The notes beneath the pieces are model-generated. The model was not told the origin of the DNA. It was given only the letters and a program-made list of their open reading frames with translations, and ran no database searches. The position numbers were made by a program, and so were the translations under genes. Below, in pieces: positions 24,029 through 34,459 of a DNA stretch of 64,000 bases. How positions within the stretch are numbered: the stretch's first letter is position 1; each line of letters opens with the position of its first letter. The stretch is from positions 1,798,001 through 1,862,000 of the forward strand of contig ML978124.1 in assembly GCA_010015805.1 (NCBI GenBank), given 5' to 3'. Source of the stretch: Rhizodiscina lignyota (Eukaryota).

Positions 24029-24673
24029 TCACCAATCATGATATCCCACCAGCAGCTCCAAAGAGCTCCAAGAAAGCTCGTCCTTCTCATTCCCGAATGC
24101 GGCTTCAGGCGTTGACACCGACCGCAGTCCGTGCCCCGCCTGAGAGATAGTCGAAGGAGCATACGGAACAGGGTGATCTGCTGCGCGCCTGGTGGAAACC
24201 GGCATGTACTGAGAGTACCAGGCAGGGCGCTTGAGCTGCTTCATCTCGGGGGCTGGCGCCGGCGCCGGCCCAGCTACCGGCAGATGCGAGGCGTCGATCT
24301 CAGTGTGCGCTGGAGCCTCATCGGCGCCTCTAGCAGGGGCACACTCTAGCGCAGCTGCAACGCTCGGCATTGTATGACATTGGTTCGGAGCAGTTTGTGC
24401 TTGGGGGGTGATCGGTCGTTGTGGCACTGCCGGAGTTGTCAGTGCCGTTGATCCTTGTCTCTGTGCTGTCCTCTGATCTGGCGTGGTTGACGTGGCGTTG
24501 GTGGAGTCTGCAGGTTGTAACGAGGCTGCGATATGATCGTGGTGATTCTGCAGGTTGGAGGTCGCAGTGGGTGGGTCGTCTTGTTCTCGAGTCGCAGGGA
24601 GAGTGAGCTGGTCGGTGGGTATGGCGGTGTATTCGGCACCGTGGGCGTCATAGGCTTCAAAGTCGAAGGGCAT
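24029..24673 (-). CDS. Hypothetical P/T/A-rich ORF, possibly a decayed gene
   Basis: ORF from MPFDFEAYDA (ATG 24673 in good caacATG context). Low complexity, no domain recognised. Confidence 0.4.
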   Translation of the reverse strand: MPFDFEAYDAHGAEYTAIPTDQLTLPATREQDDPPTATSNLQNHHDHIAASLQPADSTNATSTTPDQRTAQRQGSTALTTPAVPQRPITPQAQTAPNQCHTMPSVAAALECAPARGADEAPAHTEIDASHLPVAGPAPAPAPEMKQLKRPAWYSQYMPVSTRRAADHPVPYAPSTISQAGHGLRSVSTPEAAFGNEKDELSWSSLELLVGYHDW

Positions 24674-26118
24674 GTTGCTTTGAATGAAGAGACTCGAATG
24701 CGATGAATAATGAAACAATATTGCAATTATGAAGCGTCAGGAGCGGGCGAGAGAGGTGATGAAATAGATTCGATACTTAATTTGAATGCTTATGAGAAGA
24801 GTTGGCTTCCTCGAGCTAAATAGTTCCTTATTATGAACGATCATGTTGACACAGTCTATTCAGATGGACTACTCGAAAAGCCACAATAGTGGCATGGAGT
24901 TGAGACGTCTTAGAAGTCTTCGAAGTCGTGCTGTCGGTTGGCAGGGAAATGGAGTAAGTTGGAAGACTGCCTGGTCAGCGTCAGAAGACCCATCGATGGC
25001 TGTACACGCAAGAACATGAACAGTTTCCAGAGTGCGGAGGCTTGAGTGTGATAGTGACATATGCAAGTCAGTCGAACTGTGGCGTCGCGGGGATGACAGG
25101 TTTGCATTCGTTGAACTGGTCAGTGCAAGGATACTTCTAGAAACTTTTAGCTGGTGGCTTGATTTTAGAGGTGCGTGCAGGACTCACAGTGGCAGAGCTC
25201 TTGACGGCGATGAACATAGTTGTTTTGCGGACAGACGGGCTGCAGTTGATGGAGTTTCAGTAACCGCCGAGGCAGAGTTCACGGTGGGAGTGAACCCCGA
25301 CTCCAGATGTGGGCACGCCTCAAAGGGTCCGAACCAGATAGTCGGTATGCGAAGAGTTCGAAGTGTGTATCGCATCAGTCGGATCTCCAAGAATAGAGCG
25401 CAAAGCATAAACTTTTCCAGTCTTTAACTAATTTTCACGTTACGCTGAAGAGGGTATTCAACAGCGAGAGACAAAAAGCATGAGTACAAGACGATGACGC
25501 GAAAACGCCAGTCGCAGGCATATAAGCCGCCCTGATGAACGCCTCAGCAGAGCAGCTCTAAGGCTGTTGCTCATGAATCGGGACTGCCAACGTCGTATGA
25601 CAGCGGCCAGTCATTCTAAATGCGTCGCCCTAAAATATAACAACGCTGAGCCTTCTCTTTAGCTAGCGCCGGTGCGAACAAAATAGGAGTTTCTGTTGTA
25701 CAAGTATACCCGGTAATAAAACCTCGGAGCCCATGCGACGAGAGGGAAGTTAGCAGCGAGGGAGAAGTGAAGGGAACGAAATGCAAGTTCATGGTGAACG
25801 CCCAAAGCCCAATAACCGACGCTAATGCTTTGCAATGACAAGTGGACACACGAGACAGTGAATGAAGCGCCGATGCTAGTGTGAGTCTGCGTGTACTTGA
25901 CTTGTTGTCGTGATGTGATGAAGTGATGCCCTCTGATGCGATATATGGTTACAGTGATCGCAGCCGTGACAGGAGGCCGTAAACATTCTCGTTAAGATGG
26001 TCCCGAAATGCGACAAGGATAGCGACGCCGACGCGGGGATGAGTGACGATATGCGCGGAAGATATGTGTGGATGAGATGGGATGGCAGCCGTAGACGATG
26101 TCGAGATGGTGTCGCAAA

Positions 26119-26742
26119 CTATTTTGACGACCGGCCTTTGCCCTTCTTTCCCTTCGCAGCACCGGTCGATGTGATCTTGCTAGTGTTCATGAGTTCTCCG
26201 ATGTACCTATAAATGAGTTAGTAAGACTGCAACTAATACGACTGTAGCGAATAGGTCAAGACATACGACTGTAGAAAACGGTTTCCTCCTTCCAACTTCT
26301 CGTGCTCACTCTTCACCGTCTCAACTCTTTCGACAACCTCCAACAAGCTCTTCTGCAACTGTTTCGCCTGTTCAACCAGCCTCTGTCGCGCCTCCTTGCC
26401 CATCTGCTCAATCTCCTCGCTCGTTCGTCGCGGCGACATTGTCCTCGCGTCATTCTCATCGTACTCCTCCTCTTCCAACTCGACATACGGTGACTCGCGT
26501 GGTATTATGATGGTGCCAGACGACTTCCTCGACCCCATCTTCGGCCGCGACAATCGTGCGTTGTTAGGATGGGAGTCTTCCTCGCTGGCGCTCCCGGACG
26601 ATGATTCCGAGGAGTGGTGTAATTCGTCTGGTGACATTGCAGGAACTGGCGAGCCGTTGCTGTGATGAGGGTCTACCACGGTTGGTAGGGCGGATGTAGG
26701 CTCGGAGGAGCTGTTCATAGCCTCTTCGTGCATCGAAGCCAT
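26119..26742 (-). CDS. Short coiled-coil protein (SCOC/Slo1/UNC-69 family, DUF2205); 2 exons
   Basis: Intron 26266-26207. DARTMSPRRTSEEIEQMGKEAR..LQKSLLEVVERVETVKSEHEKLEGGNRFLQS|YIGELMNTSKIT..GKGRSSK*. Confidence 0.85.
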
Positions 26743-29700
26743 GGCTCGTCGGGTGGTCGAGTCGGCGCCAGTGCGTCGTGAGAGTCCAGTCGCGAGTGGT
26801 GTTTTGGAATGTGAGGTGGAGACAGGCGACCTGTTTGACCCAGTCTCACGCGTGGAAGGGACTGGACGATATCGATGCCACCTAGAGATATCTCCCAGAC
26901 GCAGTCTCACGAAGACGAGATGCAAGCCTCCAGTGGCGGGGAGATAGGTGGTGCAGGAGGGTAGGTGTAGGTAGACGGGGCGCCGCTCGTGTAGCAAGTG
27001 TCCTGCTCTCTATCACGCTAGAAGGTGGATTAGACCCTTAACGAAGCGGCCACATTCGGTGTGTCGCGCCCGATGGAGGTGGGTTGCTGGCTGCACTTGC
27101 AGCGCGAGACTCCTTCCGAAGTAGCGTGCCGCGCTAGGGACGAGAGACCCGCTGGCTATATGCGAAGGTGGTGATGCTCGGATGGAGGCTCTTGTGCCGA
27201 GAGTGCTTTGGGGGGTGGCAGATTGCGATGGACTCGGTGGTGTGCAGTGCAAGAGAAGAGAGGTTGATAGCGCGCGGGAGTGCAGGTCGCAGGCAGTAGG
27301 TAGGTAGACTAGTAGAGGGTGGTCACTGGTGAGTGGGAGGAGGCGGGCTTTTTTCGAGCAGTGCGCATGGCGACGATCTTCGCGTGAGGGCTTGAGCAGG
27401 GCCTGAGCATTTGGGGGGCCCTTGCTGCTGGTGACCTCAAAGGCTCAGGGACTGCCCGCCGTATGGTGCGATGACGATTATTGCCGCAACGGGCACCGGC
27501 GCTGCCCCACAGCGTGCGACTGTGGCCTGCTCGGACGTCATCCAATCTCCGCAGAGGTTCAGGATTCACGAGGGCAGCACGTCAGAAAAGTCCTACCCGG
27601 CCGCGGAGGCAAGGTGTGGCACGCTCCTGCGTGGCATGCAAGATGCGTGGTGGTGGGATCTGAACGCGCTGGACCCTTCTTTCGACCGTCTACTCGACTT
27701 ACTCCTACCCTCATCTCGCCCTCTCGTATTCCGCCGCTTATTACGGAGCAGACACGATGGAACGGCAAAGGGGTCGCTCGCAGCGCCTGCGGCAACAGCA
27801 GCATCAGCGCGACGATGTCATGGGCAGGCCTGTGCTCCTTTGCCCGTTAGAGCTTCGAAAAGCAGCGGATCAGGCAGAAAGTCAGCGTCTGTCCTGCGCA
27901 CGACTCGCCAGTGCTCTGCGGCTCTGATGGGGGCAGCGCTGGGAAAGTGGTGCGATGTGCGGGCTGATCAGTCGTATTTTTGCCTCTCCTGAGCAACGCT
28001 TGCTACGCTTGAAGCAGGCCACCACCAACGATCATCGCTTGCTTAGCGGCTCCTGGAGGCGTGGCGCCGTGGTTGGACGGCTATGACGAAGTTGCGTCGG
28101 GGGTCAGCGACGATCGTCGCCTCAAAGCCACGCCGTCGGCGGCGGAGAGGCTTGTGGGATCCGAATGCACGCCAGGCATGCCACCGCGCAATGAAACCCG
28201 GCACTGACAGAGGCTCTTACGCACCTCACCCACCGCTGGGACTGCCGCGAGCCTGCGAATGCTGCGAATCGTCTGCCCGCGACTCAAGCGCCACTACCTC
28301 CGCCAAGAGAGTCCGCTGCTCACGGCGCCTTTAAACTGATCGTCGTCCTCGTGCCGGCTCACCGACGGCCAGTGCGAAATGCCAAACGACGCTTGAGCCT
28401 TTCAGAGCCGCTCTCTCACCAGCTCCGACTCTGGTTCGTGCCCGATGCAAGCTGTTCCTCGTCGCCTGTTACGCGAACAAGCGGCTCCAGTTTCACGCAC
28501 CAACAGCGCCAGTGGTAGATGCGCGTGGGGACAAGGCATCGTGACAACCCAAGATATGAAGCACGCCCATCACCATAACCGCCCCTGCAGAGCAGAGACA
28601 TTCCAGCACGTCCAGCTGGAATTGCTGTGGAGATCATCATCACCGCGATTCTGCCGGCGAACAGGCAGGTCTTCTTGAGTGCTTCCGAAGCTTCACTTTC
28701 TACTTCCAGCGCACTTTTCTTCATTCAGCCTCCTCTGAGACAGATCTGCATCTCCATGGTGGAGCTCAACGTGGACTCTTCGACGGAAACTGAAATAGTG
28801 ACGCGTGCCAGGCGCGAACCAAGGCACTCCAACCACGTTATGTCCGCCCTCGCATGTCACTGGTACATAGGACTCGACGAGCACGCCAATCTTCCCTTCC
28901 AACAGGCAGCATTCCCGCACACTTGCCCTCGGAGCCCTCCAGACAGTCAAGTATTTCACCAAGCGCTAGGACGCCCGTCGACCATCCTTCCTTACCTTAG
29001 CCACACTATTTGCCCACCATATCCCAACTCGAGCAACTCACGGGACCATCCACTGTACAGTAGTTCCATCTGCACGCGACCTCACGCTCCTCACCGCCCG
29101 GAGGAGGACCAATGTTTGTGCTACAGAGCCCTCAGTAATACCACGAATCGGATCCTCCGCATCTGAAGTCTTGACCGTTGCATAATCAGGGTCCGAAAAG
29201 GCTACACACGCTCATAGGCTTCGTACACTAAGTTCAGCGGGTTCAGTAAGTTTAGACTTCACGAGAGCACTCGACGAGGCAGCAGATCTCAGGGTCTCTG
29301 CTCCTCCAACCTTTCCAACAAGCAGCTTTGGCTTTGGGGGCTGGAGAACGTCGCGTGGGAGAAAAACCTGGCGGGACGCGAGATCCGCGCCCAATTTGCT
29401 TGTTTCCAACCTGTCACGCTGACCCCGAAACTTGGAGATGGCGGGGAAGATCTCACAGTCTTACTTTCGCTGCCTTTCTCAGCCGCCTTCAATGCCTTGT
29501 GTCACCACATTCCACTGATCCCATCATGTACGGAGGAAGCGTTGCGAATTCCCAAATATGAAGAGAACACTCCATATGATCATACCTATCACTATTTTGC
29601 CGTGTCTCCCGGCTTATCTGCATTGCAACGGAGAACTCTACTCTAGATACCTTTTTTCATGCCCGAATAACATGACTTCGGAGTGGATTCCGTGAGAGCC

Positions 29701-30517
29701 GCTACATAAGCATAATCCACATTACTCGGAGTATCGAAGTCGGTAGGTACCTGCATGTACCAAGACATGTACTTGTCAGGTGATGTCGAGTATGTCGAGT
29801 CGTCGACCGCGTCCTCCGATCTCGCTATACGCGTTGTCCATCTTGAGACTAAGGGCCACCTACATTAGGAGCCGAATGCCAATTCAGAGTAACTCCGTCC
29901 GAGACGACTCCACGAAACTTGGAAGTGGCGCCACTTCACATCACGAGTCCCCTAAGCAGCCGTGCACGTTGTTGAATACCAGTATGTGGAATGATTGCAT
30001 TTTTGGTTCTTTTCTGGTTTGCTTGTGTGCTAGTGTTTACTTTCGACTAAGAGGCAAGAAGAGCTTCTTGTCATCGGCCGAGAATCACGAGAACAGCATT
30101 GGAGCGCCTGTGATCTGCCTAAAAGGAAACAAGGGGTGTCTAAAATCGCTATCGGGGGGATTTGGTGCTCGGCAAACGAAAACAGCATGAAACATCAGGT
30201 GAAAGTAGAGAGGGGGTGATAGCAGAGGCACATTGGATGGGTCAGGTGATGAGGTACGGGAAAAGAATCAAAAAGGGGGCCCTGATGCTCGGGGGGAGTG
30301 TCCTTCGCGCCAGAATCCCACCTTCCGATAATATCCCAAGGACTTTTCAGATAAGCAACGTCGTTTATTTCTTTCCGCTTTCTCTGAGAAATTGGATGGC
30401 CCGCTCCAAAAAAAGAGATTTAAGTCGATGCCAAACCGACATCCCCACAAATCCAGCTAAGCTCCTTTGCCCCTAATGCACGGATTTGGGAAACGACAGC
30501 TAAACTTGACAGGAAGT

Positions 30518-31539
30518 CTACTCTGCAGCAGGCTTGGGCTCCTCAGCAGGTGGTGCGGCACTCTCGTCGGCCTTTGGCTCAGGAGCAGCCTCCTGAGCGG
30601 GCTCGGTCTCAGACGAGGTCCAGAGGGTCTGTCCAAGAGAAGTGAGTACCGATTCATGAAAAGTGGCTTCACCATAACGAACCAAGTTATCACGGAGCAG
30701 CTGCATGATCAGGGTGGAGTCCTTGTAGGACTCCTCGCTCAGGGTGTCAAGCTCTGCAGAAAAGGAGAAAAGTATCAGTGACTGTTCCCCATTGGTGAAT
30801 TCATATCCAATCACATACCAGCGATGGCATCGTCGAACGCCTGCTTGGCAAGATGGCAAGCCTGATCCGGAGCGTTGAGGATCTCGTAGTAGAAGACGGA
30901 GAAGTTGAGAGCGAGACCAAGGCGAATGGGGTGAGTCGGGGCAAGATCGGTCTGAGCGACCTCGGTGGCGGCCTTGTAGGCGTCGAGGGACTTGTCGGCA
31001 GAAGACTTGCGCTCATCACCAAGGGCGAACTCGGCGAGGTAGCGGTGGTAGTCGCCCTTCCTGTGACGCAAGACGTATTAGAGCATGCAGATTGTTAGGA
31101 CGCGCAAACGTATACGAACATCTTGTGGTAGAAGACCTTGGATTCACCACTCTGCGCAGAGGGGATCAGGTGCTTGTCCAGAACCTCGAGGATGTCCTTG
31201 CAGATGTTTGCGAGCTCGGCCTCGATCTTTGCGCGGTAGTCCTTGATCAACTTGACCTGGCCCTCGTTGCCCTTCGACTCCTCCTTCTGCTCGATCGAGG
31301 TGACGATTCTCCAGGACGCACGACGAGCACCGATGACGTTCTTGTACGCGACAGAAAGGAGGTTGCGCTCTTCTACGGTGAGCTCCTGGTCGGCAGAGGC
31401 GACGGCCTTCATGTTCTCCACCATCTCTGGACGCGTGTTAGCGGCTTGCATGCTTCACTTGGAAATGGCGTGACATACCCTCATAGCGCTCGGCCTGCTC
31501 GGCGAGCTTCGCCAGATAGACAGAATCTTCGTAACCCAT
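30518..31539 (-). CDS. 14-3-3 protein (ArtA/Bmh-type); 5 coding exons
   Basis: [86 protein letters not shown]..|[29 protein letters not shown]. Confidence 0.98.
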
Positions 31540-32793
31540 CTTGAAGAAAAGCTAGATGCTCCACAGGTCAGTTGCTGTGTTATTGAGGTCAACAAGGAAA
31601 GTGCGGTGAGGGAAACACAGTGTTGAGCCGCCGCGCCTTAAATCCGAGTGGTGCCGTGTGAATTGGTTGAAAAATTGAGGATTGTGCAAAAGCGCGATTT
31701 CAAGCGCGGATCTGAGGCTGCTGGTCGAGAATGCCCCAAGCGCAAGCTGTCAGAAGCTTTGGAACACTGGATGACGTGTGGTGGAGCAGGGCGTGCGTGC
31801 GTAGGTAGGGTTTGTTGACCCGCGCACACAGCACCCAAGCACGCCGGCAGTCGCCTGCCCAGTTGGATACTCCGCAAGGTCTTCTGATTGTGCAGGTATA
31901 GAGGATATCGGCGCGTCGGAAGGGGCGGCGGCTCAGGTCGAGGTGTTTGAAGAGACTGGAGTGCGCCGCGATGACGAAAGAAGGGGTACTTACAGAGATC
32001 GCAACGGCTTAAGGAGTGACCCTAGGCGGACGACGGAGTGTGATTGGAGAAGAAGGAAATGGCAGATGCAGCGACCGCTTTGGCTTGGGAGTTGTTTTGG
32101 CTTGAGGAGTGGAGGTTGCAGTGTTGAAAGAAGTTGTTGTGGTCTCAGTTCGAGGAAATCAGAGAAAGGGTCATGCCAAGAGTCGTTCGAACCGCACCCG
32201 CTCAATCACCTGCGCTTTGGAAGCAACACAGCAAGCCCTGCCCTGGCAACACGCTTTTCGTTGTGCCTTCCGGGCGAGAAGCAGAGATAAGGTCCGCGGA
32301 AGCAGCTCACGCATCAAATCTGCATTCTGTTGCGCACGCCATCTACATTCTACGTCTGCCCTTCTATGTAGTCGTAGTATCGCGGCTGGCTATGACGCCT
32401 GCGCGAATTCCTAAACAAGCTAGACGAGCCCAAGCAAAGTTGGATTTTTGATATCGAACCCGGGCGGGCGCAGAGAGCACTCTCGCGGTGCGCATTACTG
32501 CTGCCTGCCCGCTGCATACGTCTGCCTAGACTCTTCACGTGGGCCTCAGCCTCATCTGCGAACGTTGAGCTGAGTGGAGTGAAGTTGCGTGGTGCCGTCG
32601 ATTGGAAGATCCTGCCCGATCACGTGGCAGGCATCATGCCAAGCCGTCCCGATGGAGCTCGCAGCTTCCTGGCCCGATTGTCACGCCAGGACCCGACGTC
32701 TAGCGAGTTCTCGACCGCAACCTCCGCCCTTTAAGTACGTCTGCATTACCGACAGCTGCTCGCTTTGCAGCTTCACATATCCAAACAATCCCA

Positions 32794-33297
32794 ATGGCAT
32801 CCCTTCGAATCACACGCGCCTTCCGGCCCCTTACTGCACTGAGCTCCCGCCGCCTGCTGTCCACAACTCCACGGGTAATGGCCGCAGGTGATACTGGCTC
32901 CGGTTCATCAAGACCAATGGGTGATCGCTCTGGGTAAGTTTGAGGAGTCTAGCAGGCTTGTTCGCCGTTCAGAATACGTATTTACACCCGGCCGCAGTGA
33001 TGCGTTCACGAAGCGGGAAAAGGGCGCCGAAGATTACTACGTCAAGCAGCACGAAAAGGAGAAGTAAGTTCCACAGTTTGTTCATCTCTCGATTCCATAT
33101 GATAATGAGTAAATTGCTAACATGACTTCAAACTCCAGGCTGCTGGCAGTCCGGGCGAAGATCGCAGAGGCTCAAAAGCATCTGAAAGATCTTGAGAAGC
33201 ATGTGTACGTCCGATTCGACCCTCTATCCTCGAAACAGCACGCTTATAATGGAACAGTGACGAAATCTCGAAGGAGCAGGGTGGCGAGCAGCATTAA
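32794..33297 (+). CDS. INH1: Mitochondrial F1Fo-ATPase inhibitor (IF1/Inh1/Stf1 family); 4 exons; not recovered by the ORF track
   Basis: Introns 32934-32997, 33064-33138 and 33205-33257 give MASLRITRAFRPLTALSSRRLLSTTPRVMAAGDTGS..GDAFTKREKGAEDYYVKQHEKEKLLAVRAKIAEAQKHLKDLEKHVDEISKEQGGEQH*. Confidence 0.92.
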
Positions 33298-33623
33298 GCG
33301 TTCAAGGCATTATATATCAATGGTGGTGTAGGCTAGGTGAGGAAGACATGTTGGAGCAGCTGGACGAGTGCAGACAAGTCTTCTCAGTTTTTCAATTCAC
33401 TACTGCGTGGAAGAAGAAAGCTGATTGCATCTCATCTTAAAAAAAACAATTCGGTATATATATTAAGCATTCAGGTTGAATTGATCTGACTATCACCGAT
33501 TCACCTCTTGTCCCTCGAAGCGTGCCACCTCAAAGCTTCCTTATTACATCCAAAATTCACCGAGAAGGCCAATTGGTGTACAATTGACAGCCTTATCTCT
33601 TCATACGTCGGAGGTGTTGAATT

Positions 33624-33899
33624 TCAACATTGGCAGGCGACAAAGGTGTCGCAGTTCGGACTGATACATTCCTGTCAGTATCGTTGCTTCTCCTCACCAA
33701 CACATACTCGTGAGACTAACCATTGGAGCCGATTGCCGCACGAATCGAGACAACCGTTTTCGGCATAACATTGCTGACACTGGTTCTGATTGCATTGGCG
33801 AGGGATCAAAACGTTTAGCGCTTCGACGGGCGTTGCCGGTGCGGCGCTCGCGGAAAGCAAGATGGAGAAGAGGACGAATGCTGCTGCGGAGAAGCGCAT
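33624..33899 (-). CDS. Small secreted cysteine-rich peptide (71-aa precursor, 9 Cys); 2 exons
   Basis: Signal peptide MRFSAAAFVLFSILLSASA and a pro-region ending in IPR. Intron 33720-33661 (gttagt..ctgac..cag, 60 nt) gives QCNQNQCQQCYAENGCLDSCGNRLQCPNCDTFVACQC*. Confidence 0.8.
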
Positions 33900-34459
33900 A
33901 TTGAAGTTTCGCGAGTAAATTTTCAGATTTCAGAGGGAAATGTAGTGGGTGCCCGCATTGCAGACTCCTCCTTGACCTCACTTAGCTCACATTTATGTAG
34001 TAAACTGTCCGCACTGCGCCCACTTAATGCGCGATTTGACAACCATATTCTTACGATAGCAAACAATCTGATTCCGACAAGATGCCAAGACATGCTGTAC
34101 CCCGTCTTCTGTATGTCGTGGAAGTGGGTGTTTTCTGTCCCTTGCGCGACGCACGTGGGCCCTCGTGGTCGACATGTACAAGACTGAAGAAGGATCTGAC
34201 ATTGCCTACAGGCATGTGGTGGAAACAATAGAAGAGAGATTTAATAAGTCGAACTAATGCCGGAGCACACATTCAATTGGTTCCGGATCCTCCATGCCCT
34301 CAAGTGGAACTCGCATCGATGGACACTATTGATTGCTTCAAAAACCTGGCCCTCAGTCACACGACATAGAATCTATCGAACGTTCGGTTGCATCTGCGTT
34401 GTCGTGGTCCCCCGCATGACGTAGAGTTTACCACATACCCGGTTATCTGCGTAGACGGG

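Noticed and set aside
27000..30400. Several ORFs (e.g. 28627..29166, 27471..27992) or an RNA gene in the long intergenic region
   Set aside because: No domain, codon bias or splice structure is evident. I found no tRNA, snoRNA or telomerase-template (TAACCCTAA) signature by eye.
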